This document shows positions 38,195 through 50,557 of a DNA stretch of 64,000 bases, in pieces. The stretch lies in assembly GCA_904063045.1 (NCBI GenBank), contig CAJFCJ010000019.1, forward strand, positions 2,123,700 to 2,187,699, written 5' to 3'. The notes below the pieces were generated by a model, which worked only from the letters and a program-made list of their open reading frames with translations, had not been told where the DNA came from and ran no database searches. The position numbers were made by a program, and so were the translations under genes. Positions within the stretch are counted from its first letter, which is position 1. The number at the start of each line of letters is the position of its first letter. Origin of the DNA: Dimorphilus gyrociliatus (taxonomy: Eukaryota > Animalia > Annelida).

Positions 38195-38835
38195 ATGGAA
38201 CCGATTATAACTCCAGTATCGTCAGCGGATGTTTGTCGAATATGTCATTGCGAAAGCGAACCAAATGCCCCCCTTATATCGCCTTGTAGATGTTCGGGAA
38301 CTCTGAAATTCGTTCATCAGTCCTGCCTGCAGCAATGGATTAAAAGTTCTGATACCAGGTTCTGTGAATTGTGTAAATACAACTTTCGCATGATTACAAA
38401 GCTCAAGCCGTTCGTTAAAGTAAGTACTTTAATGGATATAAAATAAGTTAAAGAGAATATAATTATATTGATATGCTCTCATTTAAATAGTGGAACAAAC
38501 TTGAGATGACAGCAGTGGAACGCCGTAAAGTTGTTTGTACAGTTACCTTTCACGTTGTCGCTGTCACATGTGTTCTCTGGTCACTCTATGTATTAATAGA
38601 GAGGACAACAGAAGAAGTTCGTGCAGGAGTTCTCGAATGGCCATTTTGGACTAAATTAGTGGTCGTTGCTATTGGTTCTACGGGAGGACTGGTCTTCATG
38701 TATGTGCAATGCAAAATGTACGTGCAATTGTGCAAACGGTGGCGTGCGTACAATCGTGTAATCTATGTGGAAGGTTGTCCAGCCCTTCCGCCAATTCATA
38801 AAGGAATAACTTCCGCAGAGACTCAGTTGCTCTAG
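38195..38835 (+). CDS. MARCHF8: MARCH8/MARCH1-type RING-CH E3 ubiquitin ligase, 2 exons
   Basis: Exons 38195-38419 and 38491-38835. CRICHCE...[35 protein letters not shown] and [15 protein letters not shown]...YVQCK...AYNRVIYV. Confidence 0.92.
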
Positions 38836-40284
38836 TTCTATTTTTTTTATTCTAGTCAAATTATGCTCACTTAATTTTACATTAACAAATCGTTTTATGC
38901 AGAAATTCCGTACAAAAAGTTTTTTTGTCGCCTGTAAATCGAAATTGCACAATGACGTAATAAATAATCGATGTGATGTCAATAAATTGTAATCGAATTT
39001 TCATATATAAGGTCGACTAAATGAATCGATAACGAGTGCATCTTATTGCAGTATAAGTTCTTTATTGTCGAATCTATGCCTCAGTGAGAGCTAAACTATA
39101 AATTGATTTTAAATTAATTAAATTAAAAAACTAACTAGAGTTCAAATAAAAAAAAATATGTCTTCAACTCCATAGCATATTTGCTTTTAATTCGTCGTTA
39201 ACTATAGAAAGCCCTGAGGAAAACATTATTAAGATTTCCAGAGCTACTGATGGGTGGGAGAATGAGGCAAGTTGCACAGCTAGACATGTCAGAAGAGCGG
39301 AAAATTTGAGATAAATTTATTCCATTAAAGTCCTTAGAGTCCTTTGCAAAGAAGTTATAATGGTATTAAATATCTATTTAATCCCATTGATAGTGCGTGA
39401 ATTATAATCAAATTAAACAAAAAAAAAACAATCTAAAGAATTATATATGCATATTGTTATCTTATAAAAAAGCAAAATCTAAATTTATAACATTTCCTGG
39501 AAGAAGAACATATTTCATCTACAGTTCTTACAAGGAATTTGCATTAATCCTGTTATTGCTTCTCCTCTCTTCCTCTCCTTTAGTAAAACATTTCAAAAAT
39601 AGTAAGGACAGTAAAACGTAGTTTGTTAATTGGACTAATCAAATTATACATTTTATTATTGATATCTTTTTAGATTTGCCTTTGAAAAGAAAGAGTACCT
39701 TGTTTCTTTATATACAATATATATATATCTTTAATATTGAAATTGGATTGGACTTAATTTATTGATTTGTTATCATTGTATTCGGAAATAAAAATATTCT
39801 GTACGAATGTAGTATGAATACTTTTAACAAATCCGAATAATTCTATTTCTTTCTTTCTTATAATTGTGTTAAAAAATAAGCTGCTCTTGTAAATTCACAC
39901 AAGTTGAACGTTATAAATTGGCAAATTATACTTAAGGTGCTTTACTCGCTCCAAAGATTGAATTTATACCCTCAAAGTCATCTTTTTGTTAAATATTGAA
40001 AGAAAAAACTTGAGTAGATTAAAGTATTTCACTTCTAAAAACATTTTATTATATTAATGTATTAAATAAGTTTAAAAAACGTATTGAAAAAGTTTCTAAT
40101 TTCTTGGTACTTTGGTGCAGAACTGTTATTTTAAGACTTCCGTTTCCGTTCTCCACGAAACCTCGTGCTTTCTGAAAAAAATAAACAACTACTTTTGAAG
40201 ACTTTCAATAATATCTTTAAAGAAAAACTTTTCAGTCGCATTTAGTACACTATTTATTCAGCATAGAAATCTTAATTGACAAAA

Positions 40285-41801
40285 ATGGTGTTTTTTACCT
40301 GTAATGGTTGTGGTGAAGCTTTAAAAAAAAATCAAGTTGAGAAACATCGATTCAAGTGCCGCGGCAGCAATGTTTTATCATGCGTGGACTGTAGTAAAGA
40401 CTTCCGTGGGAACGAATACCAAACTCATATAAAATGTATTTCGGAGGAAGAGAAATATTCTGGAAAGGGTTTTAAGCCGAAACCGGGTCTTAATAAAGGA
40501 GAAAAAAAACAACAAAGTTGGACAGAGCGAGTTCAACAAGCAGCTGCAAAAGAGCAAGATAGGCAATTATCTGAATTGTTAAATAAGATAGCTGACTGCG
40601 CTAACGTTCCAAGAAAAGAAAAGAAATTTGTGAATTTCTTAAAAAATTCTTGGAAGATTCACAAGGATTTTATTATCCAAGTATGTATCTATAAACGGGT
40701 GGTTTATACGGGCTTTGTCTAAGTAGTATAATTGACTATAAGACGATTAAAGCCTCTCTTTAATTCCTATAAGAAATCAATATTGAAAATTTTCTTTTCC
40801 TAGGCTGCGTGGAAGGCGATAAATGAGTCTCCAGTTGAAGAAACTCTGGAAGAACCTGCACCTGTAGAAAAGCAAGAAGTTGAAGATAAAGAGAAAAAAC
40901 TATCTAAACGGGAAAAGAAAGAACTTCGCAAAGAGGAGAATCATAAGATTGAGAAAAAAGATAAATCCAAAACAGATAAAGAAGAATGTGAATCATTAAA
41001 CGAGGAAGAGGTTGAGAAAAAAGTTAAGAATAAGAAGAAAAAAAGAAAGAATAAAAAGGATAAAGGTCAGTAATAAAAATTTCAAATTGGCAAATACATA
41101 AAAGACTTTTTCTCTCAGAAGAAAAATCTGCCGAGCTGGAACAAGAAGGTAAGTTTTTTAAGTTTTTATTGATCTTTTTCAAAAAAATCAATACCAAATG
41201 CATTTTCTAAACCTTAAAGAGGATTCTGACGAGCCGAAGAGAAAGAAAATATCCAACGAAGAAACAGAAGAAGGTAATCACAATTATCAATTTTCCGTCA
41301 TAAGCCTATTAATTAAAATATCTTTTCTGATAAAGAACAATCCAGTGTGGAAAAAAAGAAAAAGAAAAGGAAGAAGAATAGGAAAACTGAAGGTATGATA
41401 TTTTATTAATTTCTAAAATTAATGTCAACGGATAATCATATCCTAAATTTTAAAACTAGAAGTTGAGGAAAATGGTACAAATAATCTAAATGGTCATTCT
41501 GAAGAGAAGGAGGAAGAAAAAAGTGATAAAACAAAGTTCAACATAGAAAAAATGATTGTTACCATATTAAAAAAGCAAAAAGAAAAGACGCTATCTCAAA
41601 AACTACTTAGGAAAAAGGTTTTTTTTATGCTTTAATTCAATATTAGTTTTAATACGTTACGTTATCTTTCAGATTATTCATGAATACGAAACTAGAATGA
41701 GTAAGACTATGAGCGAAAAATTGAAATTGAAACTTACAAAGAAGCTGAATGATAAAAGTGTTTTTAAAATATCTAATGATAAAGTTTGTTTACGTAAATA
41801 G
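40285..41801 (+). CDS. LYAR: LYAR nucleolar C2HC zinc-finger protein, multi-exon with several micro-exons in the Lys/Glu-rich linker
   Basis: MVFFTCNGCGEALKKNQVEKH...LSCVDCSKDF...HIKCISEEEKY, a charged linker and a C-terminal basic domain ending KVCLRK*. Confidence 0.93.
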
Positions 41802-42323
41802 TTATTAAAATAGCTCTAGTTATTAAATTATGAAGAAGAAGACAAATTTAAGTTTGTTAATTAAGTTTTAATATATATTTTTTTAACATCTTGTTCATAT
41901 AACTCTCATTAACATAATTCAATAAAAACATAACCATTTCAATCATATAACAATACGCAATTCTATCATAAAGCTGACGTTGGGCTGCTCTCGTTAAAGA
42001 TTTCACAATCAGAACGACAACCTTACGAACATAATCTTAGGGTATTGGTCTAAAATTTTCGTCCAAGAGCACATATGTGATAAAGTACCTCTCAAGAGGA
42101 GAGTAACAGATGTTAACTAGCTAATAGATTTTTACATTACAACAACAACGTTTACTGTTTGTAAGAAATTAGTGAAAAGTTGTTTGATTATGAAAAATTT
42201 ATATATTCAATATTTCCTTTTTATTTACAAAATTTTTTTATCATTATTGTTTCAGTTTCATCAGGGAAAATCTGGAGATATATATTTTATAAAGTATACA
42301 TTATATTTTGCATATTGATTGTA

Positions 42324-44057
42324 TTACGTCCATTTATCGTCAAGGGGCTGTATACAAATAGGGCATGAATTAGCCACTCTACGCCATTTATCTATGCACT
42401 TAGTGTGAAATATATGATTACAAAGAAGCTGAACTGATAGAACTTTGACGTTTCTTTCGCAACAGATACAACAATCCATATTCTCTATAGGTTCAGCTGT
42501 ATGGAGATTTTTATAAATAAGTATTCCAAGAGTTCGCCTACATCTTCTAAGTTTCATTTCAGTATACTCAAAAGTTTTGGCGACGTCTATCAAAAGTTCA
42601 GGATTTTCTCTTCCTTTATCAAGAGATTTAATATAGTCGTATCCCAAAATGGGCATAATAGTTATCATATCCTTTTTACATATATTCTCGATTTTATATT
42701 TCCCGAGTACTGCCTTTAGTGCAATCATCTTTCTTTCTTCAATATTCCATGGTAAATAAACTCGAAATTGTTCATAAAGTTGGCAAACATTATAAATTGT
42801 TTGTAAAGCTATCTTCATTTGATATTCTTTCTTAAGAAGTACTATTATAAAGGGTAGAACAAAACAATATACAAATTGGCATAGTATTATTGATGAACAA
42901 GATAATCTTCCATAAGAAGGATAATAACTATAATCAATGGGCAGATAAGAGATATTGAAAAACAATAAAATAGTTAATACAACACAAAAGGAAAGAAAAT
43001 TCTCGCCATATCTTACTGTAATTAAACATATTATAATTGGAAGTCTGTATATTAAAAATGAATTAAATATCAAGAAATTATAAGTGGAGAATACGCATTC
43101 ATATATCATTATGACAGTAAGGATGATGGATAGAAAGTCACTGAAGAAATAATTGTTTAAATCTAGAGCATAAATTAGTATTAATATCCAATATGAGACA
43201 AGGAATTTCTTTAAATGTTTTAAAATATAGTTGAAACGATTGCTATGTAGAATAAATACTCCATTTTGCGATTTGGGTAAATAATACTCAGCCAAATAGT
43301 TTCCTTCTTTCGATGATGAATTTAAATATCCAATCTTCATTGTATCTTTAAACGACTGTTGAAATAGTAGTAATAATTCTTGAGAGAATAATACCGAAGT
43401 ATCAAAGATTATCTTTAATCCTTTTTCAGATCGGAATTTATTAAATTCATTTACTGATCCTAGGTTAATTCTTGTCAGTTCATCAATTATCTTTCCCAAC
43501 CAATCGTTAATAGAAAGTTGAGAAGATGAAGTATAAACAGAAATTGTTGAAATTTCTTGATCGTAATCTTTCATTTCCTTTACTAAAACAATTTGGGATT
43601 TTGCCCAATTATTCTCCTGACAAACATTCAACATTTTTGAACAATTATACTCCTTTACTTTAATATTTCTACGAGATTTAGATGAAAGAAACTCATTCCA
43701 TCTATTGTTGAAAATCTTATCCTCTTTAGTATTATACAGTACTTTAACCAATGAAATGGTTAAAAGATGAAAATCATACTTGCTATATTTCTCTAGAGAT
43801 TTATTATACCTATCTCGAGTTATAAGATAAAATATTTCGCACTTCCTCTCTAAATATAAACTTGCTATTTTAGCGCGATTTTCTAATTGCATAGTCTCAA
43901 GATAAACCTTTTTAAAAGCGTAATTCGCGTTTGTATAATAAGTTGTAATATCTAATCCATAATATACGAAAAGCAATAATAATTCAGCTAAAAGTAAACT
44001 TAATAGTCCTGCTAATTTGTTTTTTATAAAATCCAGTAGATTGTTCACAATTAACAT
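42324..44057 (-). CDS. RNF103-like copy A: intronless multi-TM protein with C-terminal RING-H2
   Basis: 577 aa ORF with an N-terminal hydrophobic anchor, a lumenal WNEFL...YNC-X6-C region, about 5-6 TM segments and CCICCE...LLCNHIFHTKCIDKWRRVANSCPIC. Confidence 0.85.
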   Translation of the reverse strand: MLIVNNLLDFIKNKLAGLLSLLLAELLLLFVYYGLDITTYYTNANYAFKKVYLETMQLENRAKIASLYLERKCEIFYLITRDRYNKSLEKYSKYDFHLLTISLVKVLYNTKEDKIFNNRWNEFLSSKSRRNIKVKEYNCSKMLNVCQENNWAKSQIVLVKEMKDYDQEISTISVYTSSSQLSINDWLGKIIDELTRINLGSVNEFNKFRSEKGLKIIFDTSVLFSQELLLLFQQSFKDTMKIGYLNSSSKEGNYLAEYYLPKSQNGVFILHSNRFNYILKHLKKFLVSYWILILIYALDLNNYFFSDFLSIILTVIMIYECVFSTYNFLIFNSFLIYRLPIIICLITVRYGENFLSFCVVLTILLFFNISYLPIDYSYYPSYGRLSCSSIILCQFVYCFVLPFIIVLLKKEYQMKIALQTIYNVCQLYEQFRVYLPWNIEERKMIALKAVLGKYKIENICKKDMITIMPILGYDYIKSLDKGRENPELLIDVAKTFEYTEMKLRRCRRTLGILIYKNLHTAEPIENMDCCICCERNVKVLSVQLLCNHIFHTKCIDKWRRVANSCPICIQPLDDKWT

Positions 44058-45171
44058 TGTATAAATTCAGTAATTAAGCCTATTCGAAAAAGTTACTATT
44101 TTTAAAAGTTTAAGATTCGATGATGTGGTTTTATAGATGATGAATTTCTTTTTTGAAAAGGATTAGCTAATCGCCTTAAGTATTTCTTAGAATTCCTAAG
44201 CTAAAAACTTCCAAGATGTCTTAAGTCGTTTCTAAGTCTTTTTTCTATATAGGATGTAATAAAAATTGGATAAGAGAGAAAGAAGGAACATCCTCTCCTA
44301 TAGCCAAGTTTTATAGACTGTGTTAAAAGATCGATTATTGTTGACTATCTCCCCTGTCTAACTGTCTGTGTCTTGATGTATTTGTTTTTTTTCCCCAGGC
44401 ATAGAATGAATCAATGGTATTATCGTAAATCGTATAATCCCTACCCACTAAATTTACTTATGAAAAATTGTTTTCCTATTTTATATAATAATCAAAATTT
44501 CTGATGGGTAATTTGTCTTGTTAACTAAGTCTAAAAAACTTATATTAATGGGCAACTTCGGTAGTGTATCTTACTCTATTCTCATAGGATTGTTCATAGA
44601 GTAATCTAGCATAATCCAATCCCAAAGAGCCTATTATTCAATAGCTATTTCTCACATAGTATGTTAGAGATGTTTGTGTCATTTAGAAACTTAATGGATT
44701 CTCGTCGGACAGTTCGTGAGAGTTTTTCAAGTTTTTTTTTATCTAATATAATGATAGCCCATTTTATTAAATATACTATCTTAAGGCATCAGTGTTACTG
44801 TCTCGTCAATGCTACTTAGGATACAGGAGATATCCTTATTCCACTGTAGAAAAAAGCTTCCATCCAATTTAAACTTTGTCCTGTCCTGCTAATATTAAGT
44901 ATTAATCTGTAGCCGTATTCCAAAACACATTCACTTCAATACTGTTCGTTAAGCAAACCTAATAAGGATTTATTGTTTGAACGTTTCCATGTCGAAATCT
45001 ATTTTCCAGCATATAATCCTCTTGTTCTTTCATAAGTTCTGGTTTACTTAAATTTGTGTCTTCATGAATGGTTCACGTTCACTTCTCCAAATTAAACCTA
45101 GATTGTTGAAGAGACGTAACGATTCGTGGAATTTAATCATCAACAACTATTCTCTTATGTTTTTTATTTAT

Positions 45172-46867
45172 CTATTCCATAGGACTTCTACAATAGCGGC
45201 AAGAATAATTGATTCTACGCCATCTTCTTATACAATAACAATGAAATATATGTTTGCAACGAAGTTGAACTGAACGTTTATTAGAGTTTTTCCTTAAGCA
45301 AATGCAACAGTCAGTCTCTTCTAATCTTCTTTCGGTTAAAATTTTCAATTCTATAATTATCTTAACGTCTATCATTAGACGTTTAATCCTAACTAAAAGT
45401 TCTGTAGATCGATATCTGCGAACCACGTTCTGTAGACGTCTAACATCATCAAAATTTGGTCTTCTTGCAAGTGCTTCAATGAAATCATAGCCTAATGTAC
45501 ATTATACATATTGTAGTCGCATAATTGATCTATCTTATACAGTTTAAATAGATATTGAAGACTATCTGATCCTTTCATTTTCCTCCTTTCTGATAATACA
45601 AAATAATATTTGTAATTTGTAATAGGTATGCGAAAGGGTACATTAATTAGAGAATACACAGATTGATTACAATTACAAGGATACCTTCGTTCACAAATAC
45701 CAATTGAAGAAAGGAGTGAATGAAATTTAGGGGTTACTATTAACAAAGTAAACATTATAAATTTGTAGTACGACATATGAAAATAATTACCTAAAAACAA
45801 AACGTATATATAATCGGGAGGTAAAGCGGAAAAGTATAGATAAGCTGATAGCAGTATTATGCCTAATAATAAACCTTGAATTTTCTTCCCAGTTCCATAC
45901 AAGTTCCGTTGCTTCCATTTAAAACTATTGCGTATGCAATTGAACAACATAGAAAGGTAAGTGATACTAGTGTATATAAAATATAAATTATCGGACGAGC
46001 GTTCTGTAGAAGCTTAAGGCATGTAAAATGATTAAGCAAATCGTTGTAAATATAAGAGTATCTGTTATACAAGAGATCTATACCGTTGTTATTATAGGTA
46101 TGCATTTTTGGTTTGTGCCATCCAGTAGCTGAATTGGCCTTGACATTGGCAAATTTCGCTATTCTATGATATTTTACCCGAAGTCTAATTAATAGCTCTT
46201 TGGGGAATATATCTTCATCACTAAAAATCATTTTCCATCCGTCTTTACGTCGCATTTCATGATACTGCTCCGATGATGAGATTATAGGCGTTCTTAATTC
46301 AAATTCTTTCGTAATAATCCAACTTTTAATGAAATCGAACTATTTCTAGGATAAACTGCAAATGTAAGAGGACTATCATACCCAGACACCGCAGGTGCAA
46401 CTAAAGCTATTTGCGGCGAACCCTTTTTGTGTGAATGGCAGAATTTTTGGCAAGTTGAGCAGTTATATTCATAAATATTATTTATATTCGGTTGTTTTAT
46501 CCTCAGGAACTCTTCCCATCTATCATTCAGTACTTTATCAATTTGTTCGTTTTATAAAATTCTCACAAGTTGAACGTGATATTTATTAAAATTGAATAGA
46601 TGATATCCTTCGCTCTTACCGATGATTGAAACTGGTGAGAGATTGAAAATCATTCTCGTCTAGAAATTGATGAGTAGGCTCCCTCTTCAGCATAAACTTG
46701 TAAGCTCCTTGAAGGGTTTTGAAATCGTTATCGAACACATGAAAATACGTAGTGAAATCAAGAAATGGAATAATAGGCAAAAACACAATACTCCTAATAA
46801 AATACACTATTTTATCATATAATTGCAGAAAAACATTGTTCTTAAGGCTATGTTTGTATTCAATCAT
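45172..46867 (-). pseudogene. RNF103-like copy B: disabled paralogue of copies A and C
   Basis: Homologous blocks (LDFTTYF, QLVRIL*NEQ...DRWEEFL...YNCSTC, GWKMIFSD, LPPDYIY, YKIDQLC, LGYDFIEAL, CCIC...CKHIFHCYCIRRW...CRYC) are spread over several frames. There is an in-frame TAA at 46554-46552 and about four frame switches. Confidence 0.8.
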
Positions 46868-46927
46868 AAATACTAGTTATCACGTAATTTATACCAGTTA
46901 TTTCTCGAAATTTCAAATAATAACAAA

Positions 46928-48385
46928 CTATTTATTCTTATTATAGATTTCGGAGTTGTATCTATTTCTATAGTCTTCATTTAATTTATAATTATCATCA
47001 AACTCTAAATTTTCATTGGTAGGAGCAGCCTTCCTAAAGTTTCTAGCATATTTCAATACATTTTTAAAATGACAAAAGAGAAAAATTTCATACTGATAGA
47101 GACGAATAAAGAACAAACTTATTTGTAAGATTACATAACGAAAAATGACAGTATTACTTAATTGAAAATACGAATAGAAAACAAAATTCGATAAGCAAAA
47201 GTACAATAGAAATCTTGAAGTACAATAAAGCTTTCCATCAATAAAGAGATAGACGTAATCTATTGGATAATTTGATTGGTTCATAAATATATGTATATAC
47301 AAGCATAAAATCAATAGATAACATAATTTATTAATGATATTATGCGTTATATTTCGAAAATAATGGTTAATTGTAGTAATTATATTAGTATCTTGAATAT
47401 CGTAACAAATTATCAATAAGATTATTAATGGAAATCTTTCCATAAAATATGATATTGAAATGAAAGGATTAAAGGGGAAAATAAACTTTTCAGTAAGGAT
47501 TACAGAAGCAAAAGTAATGAAGAATACATCTTCTAGGAATAGGAAAAGTATTATTATACAAAAGCTAAGAATTATTAACCAATAAGATAAGATAAATCTT
47601 TTCCATAATGTATGCGAAAATGAATAACGATTATTATAGAATATATAAATACCCTCCCCTTTTGATTCGGGTAGATAGTTCTTTACTATAAAATCTCCAT
47701 TTATTGTACTCGATCTTATATAGGCAAATTTTAATTTATCTCTATAAGACAATCCTAATGATAATAAAGACTCTTTGTTTGTTCTCTTTGAAATGTCGTA
47801 AATTATTTTCCAACCTGTCTTTGACCGGAAATCATTTAAATCTTCAACAGTTGAAATAATTGGAATATTTAATTTCCATTGTTCTATTTTTAACCATTCA
47901 GTTAAAGAAAGAGATAAAGATTTAGGATATATTGCAATCCTAATTGATCGCCCATTATTAATTAGTTGTAAAGAAATATGTGACAATTTCAAATCGTTTT
48001 GAACACAATCATCCACAGTTTTCCAACAATTATATCGGACTAGATGAATTGGACAGAATTGTTTCGTTGCAAGAAACTCTTTCCATTTATCCTTCAATTC
48101 AATATCTTCATTTTCACTATAAAGCATCATTATCATTGAAACGTTTAATTGACAAAAATTATTCTCGTATAAATTGTCGTCGAGTTCCTTATAATTGAAA
48201 TATTTAAACTTATTATCGTGAAATACATGATTTTCTTTAAGGTTTTCCAATTTAAAAATATTCTTAAACGTTTCATTAAAGATATCATTTCTATTGACGT
48301 GATAGGTTGTAACATCCAATAATCTTGGTAAAAGACTAAATATTATTATATCAAAGAAGATGATTAGACGAAATTTTATATCCAT
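46928..48385 (-). CDS. RNF103-like copy C: intronless, multi-TM, lacks RING
   Basis: 485 aa ORF collinear with copy A (LDVTTYH, WKEFL, YNCW, GWKIIYD, YLPES, YPIDYVY). It stops before the RING region. Confidence 0.82.
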   Translation of the reverse strand: MDIKFRLIIFFDIIIFSLLPRLLDVTTYHVNRNDIFNETFKNIFKLENLKENHVFHDNKFKYFNYKELDDNLYENNFCQLNVSMIMMLYSENEDIELKDKWKEFLATKQFCPIHLVRYNCWKTVDDCVQNDLKLSHISLQLINNGRSIRIAIYPKSLSLSLTEWLKIEQWKLNIPIISTVEDLNDFRSKTGWKIIYDISKRTNKESLLSLGLSYRDKLKFAYIRSSTINGDFIVKNYLPESKGEGIYIFYNNRYSFSHTLWKRFILSYWLIILSFCIIILFLFLEDVFFITFASVILTEKFIFPFNPFISISYFMERFPLIILLIICYDIQDTNIITTINHYFRNITHNIINKLCYLLILCLYIHIFMNQSNYPIDYVYLFIDGKLYCTSRFLLYFCLSNFVFYSYFQLSNTVIFRYVILQISLFFIRLYQYEIFLFCHFKNVLKYARNFRKAAPTNENLEFDDNYKLNEDYRNRYNSEIYNKNK

Positions 48386-48900
48386 AGCTATCTAAAATTC
48401 AATTAAGAAAATTTTAACATTCTGAACAAATGTTCTTTGAAATCTAAACTGGTAATAGTCACGAGTGATACAAAAAATTCAACTGTTTGCGCAACTCTGA
48501 CTAATAATATTGCGTAATAGACAGAAACATTTGGGAACTTTCAATAGGCTTATGATTTAAGAATGAATAATAATTTCTCACTCCCATTGTATACTTTGTT
48601 GGCTAAATGCTCAAGAAATTTTATAGGTATTGAGCAAACGAGATTCGATAATCGAAGTTTAATCGCTGTCTATCTATAATGAAACTACTAATGACAAATA
48701 TCGTTTGTTATACTAGTCCCTATAGTGATAAATCATCCACAATTCGGCAATTATTAACATTTTTATTGCAGTAATAGTTTCAGAAGCTGCTGTGATAATA
48801 TTCATGAAAAGCAGCTTATAGAAGAGCTAGCATTTCTATAATATATGTCTAGATGAGTCCAAAAAAATCGCACTTTATGAAAAGTAAATGAACACCCGTA

Positions 48901-50441
48901 TTATATTTCGTGAAGATGTTCATCTCTGATTATGATTTCTCTACAAAGTCGACAGCTGTTTTGGTATGCGTACCAATCTTGAATACATTTCGAATGGTAA
49001 ATATGCTTGCAATTGAGCTGCAGAAATTCTCCTTTTTTAGGCTGTTCACCACAGAAACAAGTGTTTCCCTCTTGTTCCTTATTCGGTACAACAATCGTTA
49101 ATTTTTTGCTAAGATCTGTATCACGTGTTTTCTTTGGATCATATTCACCCACTCCGAACTCAAAGTCGGGTATAAATTGGGCAATAACATTCAATATATT
49201 CTGTAGTATTCTCTCTCTTTCAAGGTTCTCTCTTTCAATTTCTTCTAGCCTTTCTCGCTGTCTTTTCAATTCGAGATAGCCTATATCAACAATTCCATAT
49301 AGCCGCTTACTCCTAATGCCTAATATATAAGACAGACAATTTGTATAATCAGCCTTCACTGTTTTGACTTTAACTACGTTTTCCCACCATTTTATGGTAT
49401 CTTTTATAGAACTAAGACCATTAAATGTTAATATTCTAAGGATGGTCTCCAGATGAAAAATTATCAAGATCGCTACTGTTATATCACCGAAACTTCCCAC
49501 TGAAGTTTTTAAGTAGTAATCTAAAGAATTAAATGATAGTTCTTCACCAATAATTCGACTGTACTCGTATTCACTCTTATTTCTATATACTCTCATCTGT
49601 GACCTTCTTGAACCTAAATACTTTTTGGCAACCCATTCTGTTGTGTTCAAGTAACCAAACTTGATTTCATGGGAGTATTTCATTTGCAAAAAATGCAAAT
49701 ATTTTGGTGGGTGTTTAAAGGGTAATGCAAAAAGGATTTTAGGGGACTTATCATCAGCAAATGACTTTAAAGTCATTTTATCAGAAATCACTGATAATTC
49801 TTTGTTACTAGATAATTCTCGAATCATCCAATCTTTAATTGACAAATCAAAAAGCGCGCTATAAGAGAGGAAAACGTGCCGTTTTGAATGGTTACTTACA
49901 GGAGGTAATATCAAAATAATCTTGGAAGATATCCAAAGCTTTTTACGGCACATATCATTATTTTTCCGACAATGATAAACTCCGTGTTTAATAGGCCAAG
50001 AGAGATTCAAATTTATAAACTCTTGCCATTTTTTTTCAAGTATTTTATCAAATTTCCCACCATGGTGAACCTATTGGGTAAACTTGTGAACATTTGCAAT
50101 CAGAATTCAATGATTCTAACCTTAATTAGCCATACAAATTTCCCCATTTCTTGTATAGCATCTTCAAGATTTGAGTTTTCTCCTGGAAAATTGGCTGCTG
50201 TTTTTCCAGTTCTATCATATGGACTGTCTTCTGTTAAGTCCCCAGAATCTTCCAGAAATTTTATAAGGTCTAATTTATCATGTTCATTGGAATATATTAT
50301 TCCTCTATCATTCAATAAGTGTCTTATTTTGTGAATATTCAGACTTCCTAGATTTGAGTTTTTTGATAGATGTAACCATTTAATTAAAATTAGAAGATAT
50401 ATACATCCTAAAGGGACTGTAATCTTTTTAAAAGAAACCAT
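48901..50441 (-). CDS. RNF103-like copy D with variant RING-H2, 2 exons
   Basis: Exons 50441-50121 and 50070-48901 joined by a 50 bp GT-AG intron (WLIK|VHHGG). N-terminal IRHLLNDRGIIY...LEDSGDL resembles RNF103 LKTILECRGL...VEKSGDL. C-terminal CFC...LNCKHIYHSKCIQDW...CRLC. Confidence 0.82.
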
Positions 50442-50557
50442 ATTCTCCCCTATCCTATGCGCTCTTTTTCAAACCGGTAATGTAGAAACCATTCGGTTGA
50501 ACGGTTATGTGGTTATCTCAGCTCAAGTAAACCACGATTCGAATATACACACCAAAA

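Noticed and set aside
44058-45171. Possible sixth RNF103-like relic between copies A and B
   Set aside because: Only short open frames were found, with none of the shared motifs. A TBLASTN would be needed.
46560-46620. GTAAG at 46619 as an intron donor that could rescue copy B
   Set aside because: The sequence after it encodes paralogue-homologous residues (QLVRIL) in another frame, and further lesions downstream remain.
50011-50120. Apparent stop/frameshift between ORFs 50100-50441 and 48901-50010, suggesting a pseudogene
   Set aside because: A 50 bp GT-AG intron (50120-50071) removes the stops and joins WLIK|VHHGG in frame.
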